DNA from: Myxococcota bacterium
GTDB taxonomy: Bacteria > Myxococcota_A > SURF-8
DNA: 64,000 nucleotides
Direction: 5' to 3'
NCBI GenBank assembly: GCA_963674735.2
Contig: CAXXQS010000002.1
Span: 544,001 to 608,000, forward strand
How positions within the stretch are numbered: the first letter of the stretch is position 1; every line of letters starts with the position of its first letter. The translations under genes were made by a program, and so were the position numbers. Shown here in pieces: positions 1 to 9,308 of the stretch. A model generated the notes under the pieces. The model made no database searches and was not told the origin of the DNA. It was given only the letters and a program-made list of their open reading frames with translations.

Positions 1-1663
1 GAATGAGCACGTTGGCGTTGTTGAGCGTGAAACGTCCCTGGTCGTCCAGCGCGAAGACCAGCCGCTTGCCGATGAAGCGATAGACCAGCTTCTGCGGGGC
101 GTCGAAAATCTCGCGCGGGCAGGCCTGCTGCAACTCGCTGCGGTCGTAGATGATGAAGTGACGGCTCTCGCGAATGCGGTAGGGCAGCAGATCGCGTCCG
201 ACAATCAGCGCTTCATGGCGCGGCGACTGCTTGAAACGCGAAATCAACCGCCCGTTGTCGCCGGTGACGATGCCCAGCCCCCAGGTGGCGTGACCCTTGA
301 ATCGCGCACCGCCCCGGTCGATCTGCGACAACAGCCGCCGGGTGCCGTCGTCCATATGGATGTTGAAGATCTGTTCGGGCGTCGAGAGAAACGCCGCTTG
401 GGAAATCGTGCGGCGCGATTCGCCGGGCGCGCCCAGGTCGGTGACGATCTGCACGGCGCGCTCCGTCGCTGCGTGACGGTCGGCGATTTTTTCGGCCACC
501 AGGATCATGGAGGGTGCGAACACCCGCTCGAACAGTTCGCCGCAGGTGGCGATGCGCCGCAGGTGCGCCGTTTCCAGCAACAGCTTGCGCGAGGCGCGAT
601 GGGCGCGGATATTCAAATAGGCGTCGGGAATGAGAAAGCCCAGCCGACCGCCGTCGTTCAGCAATTCCAAGCCGCGTTCGATAAACAACGTGAAGGAGTT
701 GACGCCGCTTTGCGCGCTGACGAATTCGCTGCGCAGAACGGCCTTTTCGCGGGCGTCGAGCTTGGAGCCCCAGGGCGGATTGCCGATGATGCAGTCGAAG
801 CGGCCGATCATGTCGTCGGTGCCCGCCACACAGCAAAACAGCTTGTGCTCGCCGCGATCGAGCGGATTGACGCGGTGGATGTTGAAGCGCAGGGGCTCAT
901 CGCCGCGTTCCTTCAAAAACAGGTTCATGCGCGTCAGCACGATGGCGAAAGGATCGATGTCGAAGCCGAACAGATGTTCCTCGACGATGCGCCGGTGCGC
1001 CTCGAACGCGGTCTGCCCCGCATCCAGGTAATGCGCTTTCAGGCGATCGTAGGCCCCGAGCAGAAACTGGCCCGAACCGCAGGCCGGGTCGCAGACGCTC
1101 AACTCGGGACGCGCCAGCGGGTCGAGCGACAGATCGTCGAGAATGCTTTCCACCACCGCCGGAGGCGTGTAGTACTGGCCGCTGGCTTTGCGGGCGTCGC
1201 GTTGGCTGACGGCCTGGTAGACGCCGCCCAGAATGTCGCGGTCGAGCCGGTCGAGCCGATAGCCCGACAACAGCGTGAACAGTTCGCCCAGGTGCGCGCG
1301 GGCCACCAGCGACGAATTCACCTCCAGGTTTTCGAGCAGGTTGTCCACCGCCACATGCAGCAGATCGGCTTCCCACATGGCCACCTGGCCGTGGTCGCGT
1401 TTTTTATGGCGGCGCAGCTTGACCAGATCGGCGAAAAGCGGCAGCGAGTCGGCGTTGAGAAAATGCCGTTCGTGGGCCAGACGCACGAAGCAGGCCTTGA
1501 GCACCAGCGCCGTCACCGTCAGACGCACGCGCGGCTCCGTGTCGCGCTCGTCCTCGACCAGACGCGCGATGGTGCGCTCGTGATAGTCGGCCACCGAGCG
1601 GTAAAACGCCTGTACAAATGGGTTGGGACCGCTTTTTTTCCGGCTGCGACGGGAACGGGGCAC
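1..1663 (-). CDS. N6-adenine DNA methyltransferase (gamma class, TaqI/Eco57I-like), 3' end runs off the window
   Basis: Missing from the ORF track because there is no stop in the window. Manual minus-strand translation from GTG 1663 gives RKASGQYYTPP (~1160-1190), motif I VCDPACGSGQFL (~1062-1097), motif IV FDCIIGNPPWG (~767-799) and a TaqI-C-like KLVYRFIGKRLVFALD near the edge. Confidence 0.88.
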   Translation of the reverse strand, partial: MPRSRRSRKKSGPNPFVQAFYRSVADYHERTIARLVEDERDTEPRVRLTVTALVLKACFVRLAHERHFLNADSLPLFADLVKLRRHKKRDHGQVAMWEADLLHVAVDNLLENLEVNSSLVARAHLGELFTLLSGYRLDRLDRDILGGVYQAVSQRDARKASGQYYTPPAVVESILDDLSLDPLARPELSVCDPACGSGQFLLGAYDRLKAHYLDAGQTAFEAHRRIVEEHLFGFDIDPFAIVLTRMNLFLKERGDEPLRFNIHRVNPLDRGEHKLFCCVAGTDDMIGRFDCIIGNPPWGSKLDAREKAVLRSEFVSAQSGVNSFTLFIERGLELLNDGGRLGFLIPDAYLNIRAHRASRKLLLETAHLRRIATCGELFERVFAPSMILVAEKIADRHAATERAVQIVTDLGAPGESRRTISQAAFLSTPEQIFNIHMDDGTRRLLSQIDRGGARFKGHATWGLGIVTGDNGRLISRFKQSPRHEALIVGRDLLPYRIRESRHFIIYDRSELQQACPREIFDAPQKLVYRFIGKRLVFALDDQGRFTLNNANVLI

Positions 1664-1666
1664 GGC

Positions 1667-2923
1667 CTAGCTTTCTTTCTTGAGTTTGCTCATCAGGCTC
1701 TTTTTCGCCTGTTCCTTGGCTTTCGGGTCGCTGGGCGCGCTCTGGGCGTCGGCCTTGGCGCGGCGAGTCGGCTTGGCCGTCGCTTTCGTCGTTTTGGCGG
1801 ATTTCGTGCTTCGGGCGGTTTGGGTCGTTTTCGGTTTCGGCTTCGCTTTGGTGTCGCGCTTGCTTGCCGGTTTGGCCTTCGGCTTGGGTTTCGCTTTGGG
1901 TTTCGGCTTCTCCACCGGTTCCAGGGCTTCGGAAGCTTTCGGTTCAACGGCTTCAGGGGCATCGACCGACTGAGTTTTGGCCTGCATCTTTTCGCGAACT
2001 TTCGCCTGCAAGCGGCGGCGACTGTCCGCGTCGAGGCTCTCGGCCGCCGTTTTGGCCTCTTCATCGGAGGCGGGCGCCTGGGCGGGAATCGCGTAAAGCA
2101 GGCTGCGCAGGATACGCAGAACGTCGGGCGAGGCCAGCAGTCCGTTATGTCCCACGCCGTGCACGGCGTAGCGGGTGGAGCCGGGCAGCCAGCCGTTAAC
2201 GAAAGGCGCCACCAGATTGTCGTGCACCGACACGATGCTGTGCACGTCCACCTTGCGGATGTTTTCGTCCTGTTCCAGAGAGGAGAGGAAGGCGCAGTGG
2301 GGCAGCATGTCACGCACGGCGCGTCCCGGCGCGGCGAAGCCCATCACCGTTCCCTGATGCGGCGTTCCCAGTGTGATGAGCCGCTCGATTTGCTGCGGAC
2401 CATAGTGCCGGATGACATCGCGAGACACGATGCCGCCCATGGAATGGGTGACCAGCAGCACTTTGTCGTGTTTGGAGAGCGCCAGAATTTCGTCGATGCG
2501 CTGCTTGAGCTGATCGCGGTAGCGGCTCACCGGAGCGTCCACCGGGCGCAGATTGATGGTGTACAGGCGACGCAGCCCCTCGCCTTTCAGGTGACGGATC
2601 AACCAACCCCAGAAGATGCGGTTTTCGGTCCAGCCATGTACGAACAGAACCGGCGGCAGCTTGTCGAGATTTTTGCGGTTGATCTCGCGGTCGCGGTCGA
2701 AAAAACCGAAGGGGTACGAGGCGTACATCCAGGCCAGAACCCAGAACTCGTTGACGAAGGCCTTGAACGCCCCGGCCGGATAGCTGCGCCCGAGCGGCGT
2801 TTCGAAATCCGGTTTGGCATACTCGGCGCGCGCCAGCGAGTAGGCGATCAACATCGTCAGCCCCGAGAACAGCACCCCGAAGCAAAAAAGAATGATCACA
2901 AGCTTGATTAGCAGAACGAACAT
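1667..2923 (-). CDS. Membrane-anchored alpha/beta-fold hydrolase (lipase/esterase) with Lys/Ala/Pro/Thr-rich C-terminal tail
   Basis: N-terminal hydrophobic helix, PVLFVHGW oxyanion motif, VTHSMGG nucleophile elbow, TLGTPHQG, DNLV and GHNGLL triad-like motifs, then ~100 aa of low-complexity basic tail. Confidence 0.85.
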   Translation of the reverse strand: MFVLLIKLVIILFCFGVLFSGLTMLIAYSLARAEYAKPDFETPLGRSYPAGAFKAFVNEFWVLAWMYASYPFGFFDRDREINRKNLDKLPPVLFVHGWTENRIFWGWLIRHLKGEGLRRLYTINLRPVDAPVSRYRDQLKQRIDEILALSKHDKVLLVTHSMGGIVSRDVIRHYGPQQIERLITLGTPHQGTVMGFAAPGRAVRDMLPHCAFLSSLEQDENIRKVDVHSIVSVHDNLVAPFVNGWLPGSTRYAVHGVGHNGLLASPDVLRILRSLLYAIPAQAPASDEEAKTAAESLDADSRRRLQAKVREKMQAKTQSVDAPEAVEPKASEALEPVEKPKPKAKPKPKAKPASKRDTKAKPKPKTTQTARSTKSAKTTKATAKPTRRAKADAQSAPSDPKAKEQAKKSLMSKLKKES

Positions 2924-3027
2924 CTATCCGCTCCCGTTAGGTTTGGGTTAAGCCGGACACGGTCGGCGAATTTTAGCATATCGGTCGTATTATCGCAAGG
3001 TTAGCAATTGAGTCCCAACATTTTGAG

Positions 3028-3056
3028 TTGACATTTAACCGAAATATCATTACCAT
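3028..3056 (+). promoter_or_regulatory. Putative sigma70 promoter upstream of the hisC-like gene
   Basis: TTGACA-17 nt-TACCAT in an AT-rich divergent intergenic region. Confidence 0.55.
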
Positions 3057-3207
3057 TGCACCTAGTAAAGGGTGGGCTCTTCCGCATCATCCGCCCTGTT
3101 CTTTAGATTCGACAATCATGAAAGTGATACGAGATCAAATGATTCTGCGCGGCGGCGTGTGCGCCGAGGGCCATTTGGCTATTCAATAGACAAAAGGATA
3201 CGCTATT

Positions 3208-4371
3208 ATGGCGAAAGCCTCCATACAAAAAAAGAAGGCAACCCGGATTCAGCCCTTGACCCTGGTCGAGCGCACGAATCTGGAAGTCGCCGATGTCGTC
3301 AAGGGGCTCAAACCGTATGAACCGGTTTCATCCCTGCCGCGGATTTTAGAGCGTCCGGAGATCGAACATTTCAAGCTCGACTGGAACGAGTCGACCATTC
3401 CGCCGTCGCCCAAGGTGAAAAAGGCCATCCAATCGTATCTGGACGGCAAGCTGGGGCTCAACATCTACCCGCAGCTTTTTTCCACCAACTTGCGCCTGCG
3501 TCTGCAAAGCTACGTGGGTTATCCGGCCGATCATATCCTCGTGACCAACGGCTCGGACGACGCCCTCGATCTTATCTGCAAAACCTACCTGAATCCGGGC
3601 GACCGCGTGCTGTCGCCGTATCCGACCTACACGCATTTCCTGCTGTATGCCAAAAGTCGCGGCGCGGTGATCGACAAAATCAGCTGTGATGACAATCTGA
3701 ATTTCGATCTGGAAATGATCCGCGAGCAGATTACGACAGAGACGAAGATCGTCTATCTGGTGAATCCCAACAATCCCACCGGCACCTTGTATAATCTGGA
3801 AGAGCTGTCGGGACTGCTGGCGTCGGCTCCGCATACGTTGTTTTTGCTGGATGAAGCCTACTACGAGTTCGCCCGGCAGTCGGGAATCGAACTGGTGGGC
3901 GCCTTCGACAACATCGTGGTGACACGCAGTTTCTCGAAGGCCTTCGGCCTGGCGGCGCTGCGCGTCGGCTACATGGTGGGCCAGCCGTCTGTGATGAAAC
4001 AGCTGGGCTGCCTGTACAACCCCAAAAGCGTCAACCAGGTGGCCCAGGTGGCCGCCGCCGCCGCGCTGGACGACCTGCCCTACTACCAGCGCTATGTGGA
4101 CGAGGTGGATAAAGCCAAGGAACTGCTCGAACGTTGGTGCGAGCGCAACGGGTTGTCCTTTATCAACACGCCCGGCAACTTCGTGATGATCCGTGTGGAG
4201 CGCACGAAAGAAGTGGTGGAAAAGCTGGCGGAAGAAGGCGTGTACGTGCGCGATCGTTCCAGCTTCCCGGCTTTGGCCAACGTGTTCCGCCTGAGCGTGG
4301 GCACCGTCGAGCAGACCAAGGAAGTCATCCGCCGCCTGATCAAGGTGCTGACGGAACTCGACCTGCTGTAA
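3208..4371 (+). CDS. hisC: Histidinol-phosphate aminotransferase family PLP enzyme
   Basis: KLDWNES, TNGSDDAL, NPNNPTG, DEAYYEF and PLP-lysine motif RSFSKAFGLAALRVGY. Confidence 0.82.
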   Translation: MAKASIQKKKATRIQPLTLVERTNLEVADVVKGLKPYEPVSSLPRILERPEIEHFKLDWNESTIPPSPKVKKAIQSYLDGKLGLNIYPQLFSTNLRLRLQSYVGYPADHILVTNGSDDALDLICKTYLNPGDRVLSPYPTYTHFLLYAKSRGAVIDKISCDDNLNFDLEMIREQITTETKIVYLVNPNNPTGTLYNLEELSGLLASAPHTLFLLDEAYYEFARQSGIELVGAFDNIVVTRSFSKAFGLAALRVGYMVGQPSVMKQLGCLYNPKSVNQVAQVAAAAALDDLPYYQRYVDEVDKAKELLERWCERNGLSFINTPGNFVMIRVERTKEVVEKLAEEGVYVRDRSSFPALANVFRLSVGTVEQTKEVIRRLIKVLTELDLL

Positions 4372-4395
4372 GCTTCACCCCGATCCGATTTCGCG

Positions 4396-4421
4396 ACCCC
4401 GTCTTTTCAGGCGGGGTTTTT
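4396..4421 (+). terminator. Intrinsic terminator after hisC
   Basis: ACCCCGTCT-loop-AGGCGGGGT stem followed by a T run. Confidence 0.7.
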
Positions 4422-4469
4422 CGTTGGGGACGCGGAAAAAAGAGAGACGCGCGCCACCCGGATCTCCGC

Positions 4470-5270
4470 CTACTCCAGCGCCTGCAGACCGTAGGGCGGC
4501 GAAGCGTTGACGAACACGCCGGGGCGGCAGGTCATCGTGACGCTCTCGAAATCCACCCCGTCTTTATGCGCGCTCAAGGTATAAACGCCCGGGGGAACGT
4601 TGGTAAACAAAATCCCGCCGTCGTCCGAACTCTCCGTGCGTTCCGGATCGGGCAGCACATCCTCATTGAAATAGATGGGGCCGCTGGCCGCCTCGATTTC
4701 GGGATCGCTGCTGACCGTCGCGCCTTCCTCGCCGTGCGAGCCTTCATCGGCGATCATCTTGCCGACCACCGTCACGGTGGTGACCATCTGGCAGAACTCG
4801 GCGCTGGGATTGACCCCCAGGCTGGCGGCGATCAGCGCGAACAGGTCGTTGTCGGGCACCTGGAAGGTTACCCAATCGAGGTCTTCTTCCGGCAGGGTAA
4901 AGGTTTTGGTCTGCGCCTCGGGAAAGCCCTCCGCCGTCAGAACGAACGTTGCCTGTTCTCCGGCAGGCAGAGCCTCGAACGCAAACTCGCCCTCGGCGTC
5001 GCTGGTGGTTTCAATGCCGGGCATTTCGAGAATCGAAAGGGTGGCATCGGCGATCACGCCATAGGGCGTGCCCGGCAGATTGAAAGCGTAGGCCACGCCG
5101 CTGACCGCAATCATGGCGGGCTCCGCTGCGGCTTCCTGGTCCCCGTCGGTCGCCGTATTTTCATCCTCGGGCGGATCCTCCAGGTAGTCTTCGCCGCAAC
5201 CGCCCAGTCCGCAGACGCCGTAAAGCATCACCAAGGCCACCCCAAGCCATGCCGCCGCACTGCGTGCCAT
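4470..5270 (-). CDS. Lipoprotein with carboxypeptidase-regulatory-like (beta-sandwich) domains
   Basis: Probable start MARSAAAW at 5270 with GAGGTG RBS. Hydrophobic stretch plus GLGGC lipobox, acidic linker (TDGDQ), and TTSDAEGEFAFEALPAG / FTNVPPGVYTLSA patterns. Confidence 0.72.
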   Translation of the reverse strand: MARSAAAWLGVALVMLYGVCGLGGCGEDYLEDPPEDENTATDGDQEAAAEPAMIAVSGVAYAFNLPGTPYGVIADATLSILEMPGIETTSDAEGEFAFEALPAGEQATFVLTAEGFPEAQTKTFTLPEEDLDWVTFQVPDNDLFALIAASLGVNPSAEFCQMVTTVTVVGKMIADEGSHGEEGATVSSDPEIEAASGPIYFNEDVLPDPERTESSDDGGILFTNVPPGVYTLSAHKDGVDFESVTMTCRPGVFVNASPPYGLQALE

Positions 5271-5500
5271 CTCGCACCTCCTGAAATTTGTGGAAGACAC
5301 CGCGAGTGTAGCACGAATCGAGCGAGACACCAAAGCCGAATACGCGCTCCTGCCGCGACTGTATTCACGTGTATTTTCAACTTGTTGAAAAATGATCGGC
5401 TCGACATGGGACTTTTTCATTAACACCAATTTCAACCTGTGCTAACCTTGACCTAACACTCACCCCGGCACCCGGGCTTTGCTTATCGTAAGGAGTTCTC

Positions 5501-6964
5501 ATGTCGCTGCGCGGTTGTATATGGATGCTGTTGACTCTGACCCTCTTGTTCGTCATCGTAAGCGGATGTTCGGATGATGATGCAACGCCCGACGGCGATA
5601 CGCCCGACGGCGACACGCCCGACGGCGATACGCCCGACGGCGACACGCCCGATGGCGACACGCCCGATGGCGACACGCCAGATGGCGACACGCCCGACGG
5701 CGACGAACCCGACGGTGACAACCCGGATGGCGACGAGGACGGCGATGAAGACGGACCCATCCCGCTGCAATGCGTGTCGCCGATCGCCCAACGCGAACTG
5801 CCGATGGTCGCCGACGACACCTTCGAGCTGGGCCCCTACCTGATGCAGGCCACCGACACGTCCATCGTGGTGATGTGGCGCACCGTCGATGAGAGCGACG
5901 GAACGGTGCTCATCGGCGAAGGCGACGAACCGGATCAAACCCTCTCCCAGGAGGGCGTTTCGAACGTGCACGAAATCAAAGTGGAGGGGTTGTCCCCCAA
6001 CCAACGCTACGCCTATCGCGTGCGCTCGAACGGCACCACCTCCGCTATGCATCATTTTTACACCGCTCCGGGCGAGAACCAGGGTTTCCGTTTCGCCGTG
6101 TGGGGCGACAATCAGCACGGACCGGCCACGTTCAGTACCGTCGTCGACGGCATCGCGGCCACCAAGCCCCACATGCTCGCCGGCGTGGGCGACCACGTGC
6201 AGGAGGGCAGCCTGTATTCTCTTTGGCGCGATCAGCTTTTCGAGCCCGCCCGCCCGCTGTTCCACGAAGTGCCCTTCTTCCCGGCCATCGGCAATCACGA
6301 AGATTACAGCCAGAATATCTACGATCTCTACGCCCTGCCGCTTTGGTCCGACGACGCCGAGGAGGAATCGGTTTACAGCTACACCTACGGCAACGCGTTT
6401 TTCGTGGTGATCGATACCAACAAGGCCTTCTTCGCCATCGGCGACGCCGACACGACCTTGAGCGCCTATATCCGCGAGCAAATCACCTCGCCCGCCGCCC
6501 AGGCCGCTACCTGGCGTTTCGCTTACGCCCACGAACCGGGCTACGCCGAAGCCTGGGGCGACGGCTCGTGCACCTACGAAGGCTACCAACCGGTGCGTGG
6601 CTGGCTGTTGCCGCTTCTGGCCGAGAACCATTTCCATGCCTACTTCAGCGGTCATATGCATGGCTATGAACGCGGAACGGTGGAAGGCGGTCTGACGCAT
6701 ATCATCACCGGCGGCGGCGGCGGCACTCTCGACGCCTGGTGCATGGATTGGCCCGAAACCAAAGTGGCCCACTACGAACACCATTTTCTCAACATCGAAG
6801 CGGGCTGCGACACCCTGCGCATCGAAGCCACCTATCCCGACGGCGAGGTTTTCGACTGGCTGGAACTCTCGGCCGATTCCTGGGGCACGGTGCTCGACGA
6901 AGGCCCGGTGGACGACTTGCCGCCCCCGACCGTCAACAGCGACTCGCCCTCCCTGGACGAGTAA
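5501..6964 (+). CDS. Lipoprotein metallophosphoesterase, purple acid phosphatase-like (FN3 plus calcineurin-like domain)
   Basis: AAGGAG RBS, VSGC lipobox, PDGD repeats, FN3-like GLSPNQRYAYRV, and metal motifs WGDNQ, GVGDHV, IGNHE, AHEP, SGHMHGYER. Confidence 0.88.
   Translation: MSLRGCIWMLLTLTLLFVIVSGCSDDDATPDGDTPDGDTPDGDTPDGDTPDGDTPDGDTPDGDTPDGDEPDGDNPDGDEDGDEDGPIPLQCVSPIAQRELPMVADDTFELGPYLMQATDTSIVVMWRTVDESDGTVLIGEGDEPDQTLSQEGVSNVHEIKVEGLSPNQRYAYRVRSNGTTSAMHHFYTAPGENQGFRFAVWGDNQHGPATFSTVVDGIAATKPHMLAGVGDHVQEGSLYSLWRDQLFEPARPLFHEVPFFPAIGNHEDYSQNIYDLYALPLWSDDAEEESVYSYTYGNAFFVVIDTNKAFFAIGDADTTLSAYIREQITSPAAQAATWRFAYAHEPGYAEAWGDGSCTYEGYQPVRGWLLPLLAENHFHAYFSGHMHGYERGTVEGGLTHIITGGGGGTLDAWCMDWPETKVAHYEHHFLNIEAGCDTLRIEATYPDGEVFDWLELSADSWGTVLDEGPVDDLPPPTVNSDSPSLDE
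5585..5734 (+). repeat. 15-nt coding tandem repeat, 10 units encoding (T/E/N)PDGD
   Basis: ACGCCCGAYGGCGAY-type unit x8 plus two variant units, in frame in the phosphatase. Confidence 0.95.
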
Positions 6965-6987
6965 GCGCGCCATCCCTTGCGACTCCG

Positions 6988-7015
6988 ACGGCGGGCTTCG
7001 GTCCGCCGTTTTTTT
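6988..7015 (+). terminator. Intrinsic terminator
   Basis: ACGGCGGGC-TTCG-GTCCGCCGT followed by a T run. Confidence 0.85.
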
Positions 7016-7599
7016 GTGCGCGCGCCAACCCACACTGCGCTTTTTGCGCCGTTGGGTCGAGTTGCCGCGACCGCCCTATTTTGCCGCTTTGGCGAAAAAC
7101 GCGCCGCAGGACGCCTCACCGCCGAAAGGTCCGTTTTGCGCTCGCTGCGCGACATGCGCGTTTCGTCCCTTTTGCCGATCCCTTGAAATGACACGGGATT
7201 TCCGGCCCCACGTTTTGCGGGAAGTCGCTTTCATATCGGAATACAAGGCTTGTCGTAATACGTCACATGGGCGAGAATGCGGGGTCGTGACGGAACGGGC
7301 TGGGCGCGGCAAGCCGGAAACGTCACACCGCGAAATTCACGGGTCGAATTCGGGACTTATCGATTGCAAGCCCCCGGTGGACGAGCCGTGCGGCACTCCC
7401 GAACACGCCTAATTTTTCTTATCAATATCGTATACTTAATATATTCTACTCAGTGGTTATATTAGCTACTCCAAAGTAGCACCTCTATCTCATTGATTTT
7501 ATTGGATAATTCATAATAGGCGCGAGACAGCCTCGACTTGCCTCGACAAAACCGCGCGATTATCCGGTATTACTTTGTGATAACAATTGGTTACAACGA

Positions 7600-8601
7600 T
7601 CAGAGCGACGTTTTCGCCTCATTCGGGGCCACCGCGCGCCCTTCGCGCGCCGACACTTTCAGCGCGTCGAGCACCGCCATATTGGCCACGGCATCGGCGA
7701 TGGGCCAGCGTAGCGGTCGCTTACCGGCGCAGGCCTCCACGAACTCTTGAGCTTCGAGATAATACGGATCGTCCCCCGCAACCGACACGCGCTCGTCCGC
7801 TTCGCCGTGGCGTTGAATACTAATTTGCGCATACTGGTCGCCGGGATGCCAGGGGCTTTTCAAAACCAGCATGCCGCTTTCGCCGTGGATTTCCAGGCGA
7901 TGGCGCTCGGCGCTTTCGATGCTGGTTGTAAAGGTAGCCAAGGTACCGCTCGGAAATTCCAGCAGGCCGACCAGACTGAAATCCACCGGATCCAGCCGGG
8001 CGAAAGCCGACACGCGGCGCGGCTCGGCGCCTTCGATCAGGCGGGACGCATTGACGCAATAACAGCCCACGTCCATCAAAGCCCCACCCCCCAGTTCGGC
8101 GTTGGCCACGATCGTATCGGGCTCGTCGTCCATGAAGGAAAACTCGCTGTGGATGGATTTCACGCGCCCGATGCTGCCCTCGGCGACCAGCTCCTGCAGG
8201 CGTGCGTAAACCGGATGATGCCGGTACATATAGGCTTCCGCCGCCAGACGGCCGCTTTGCTTCGCGGCCTCGGCGATGGTGTGGGCCTCACGCGCATCGA
8301 GAGCCAGCGGCTTTTCGCACAGCACATGCAAACCCGCCTCAAGCGCGCGAATCGTCCACTCGGCATGCAGGCTGTTGGGCAAAGGTAAATAAATCAGGTC
8401 CACCTCGCCCGAGTGCAGCAGATCGTCGTAGGAAGAAAAGGCCAGCGGGATGGCGTAACGCGCCGCCCATTCATCCGCGCGCGCCTGTGTCCGACTGGCG
8501 ACGGCGGCAATCCGACTGCCTGTGCAGCTTTGAATGGCGGGGATCACGGTTTCACTGATGGACGCCGTCCCCAAAATCCCCCAGCGTAAAAGCTCTCGCA
8601 T
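7600..8601 (-). CDS. Gfo/Idh/MocA family oxidoreductase
   Basis: Probable start MRELLRWGILGTASI at 8601. PLPNSLHAEW, HVLCEKP and GGGALMDVGCY motifs. Confidence 0.9.
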   Translation of the reverse strand: MRELLRWGILGTASISETVIPAIQSCTGSRIAAVASRTQARADEWAARYAIPLAFSSYDDLLHSGEVDLIYLPLPNSLHAEWTIRALEAGLHVLCEKPLALDAREAHTIAEAAKQSGRLAAEAYMYRHHPVYARLQELVAEGSIGRVKSIHSEFSFMDDEPDTIVANAELGGGALMDVGCYCVNASRLIEGAEPRRVSAFARLDPVDFSLVGLLEFPSGTLATFTTSIESAERHRLEIHGESGMLVLKSPWHPGDQYAQISIQRHGEADERVSVAGDDPYYLEAQEFVEACAGKRPLRWPIADAVANMAVLDALKVSAREGRAVAPNEAKTSL

Positions 8602-8686
8602 CGTCGCTCTCCCTTTCAATCGTGGCCTCGCAACCGGTATACCACAAAACAAGGCGACGGTGAATGGATGCGGTAAACTGGAGGGA

Positions 8687-8734
8687 GAGATGAAGACAAC
8701 CCTGCGGAGCCGGACAGAGCCCTGCTCCTGCTTA
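8687..8734 (+). repeat. REP-like palindromic repeat, family A copy 1
   Basis: 48 bp, 46/48 identical to 9885-9932. Contains hairpin GGAGC(C/A)GG-ACAGAGC-CCTGCTCC. Confidence 0.85.
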
Positions 8735-8759
8735 AGGTACAACGATATGCTTTGTATAT

Positions 8760-9203
8760 TTATTTCGGTAGTGCGACAATAATCCGTGGATCGAGCTTCT
8801 GTCTGAAAAGATCATCCACCTTCTCAAAGGATTTTTCTAACTCCTTCCATTTTTTTGATTTATCGGCAGAATCGCTAAGAATTGCCGTTCCCATATCATT
8901 TGCAGCATCAAAATACTGGTTAATGATTTTTAGTTCACCGTTCGATTTGCACAAATGCGGTGTCGCCATAGCCAAGCTAAGTCTGAAATCATCCTCTGCT
9001 TGTGTTAATGCCTTCCCGAAGTTTTGTGAACTGGCATTAAACTGATGCAGTCGCCGTCTCCACATCCATGCTGAGGTATAGAGTTTTTCCAGCCGATTGT
9101 ACATGCGGTCCAGCATCAACTGGTAACGAAGAACCAAGATCGAAATTACCAAGGTAAGGACTGCAGCGGCCAGCGCGCCTAATAACCATTCCGGTATTTC
9201 CAT
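8760..9203 (-). CDS. Hypothetical small protein with N-terminal transmembrane helix (REP-flanked cargo)
   Basis: Probable start MEIPEW at 9203 after a purine-rich RBS. 147 aa, visibly AT-richer than its neighbours. Confidence 0.6.
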   Translation of the reverse strand: MEIPEWLLGALAAAVLTLVISILVLRYQLMLDRMYNRLEKLYTSAWMWRRRLHQFNASSQNFGKALTQAEDDFRLSLAMATPHLCKSNGELKIINQYFDAANDMGTAILSDSADKSKKWKELEKSFEKVDDLFRQKLDPRIIVALPK

Positions 9204-9223
9204 CCCCCTACTCCCTCTTCGTT

Positions 9224-9282
9224 GGAGCAGGGCTCCTGTCCTGCTCCGTTTGTTGTCCTCCAGCAAGGCTCCTGCCTTGCTC
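9224..9282 (-). repeat. REP-like repeat family A, inverted copy plus adjacent degenerate copy
   Basis: Reverse complement of 9224-9260 reads GAGGACAACAAACGGAGCAGGACAGGAGCCCTGCTCC. 9261-9282 is a variant hairpin AGCAAGG-CTCCTG-CCTTGCT. Confidence 0.78.
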
Positions 9283-9308
9283 AAGGCATTCCGCCATCGC
9301 TCCATTCA

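Noticed and set aside
1664-1669. Pyrrolysine or other programmed TAG recoding
   Set aside because: No pyl genes or other in-frame TAG cases in the window, and a usable GTG follows immediately.
158-2911. 917-aa plus-strand ORF
   Set aside because: Antisense shadow of the in-frame lipase and methyltransferase genes. It has no motifs of its own, and long shadows are expected at high GC.
7080-7200. Possible c-di-GMP riboswitch (GCCGAAAGG tetraloop)
   Set aside because: The remaining conserved elements are not recognisable and there is no downstream gene in the right orientation.
7430-7470. Possible dif site (TTATATTAGCT resembles a XerD arm)
   Set aside because: No plausible XerC arm ending in ATAA at the 6-bp spacing.
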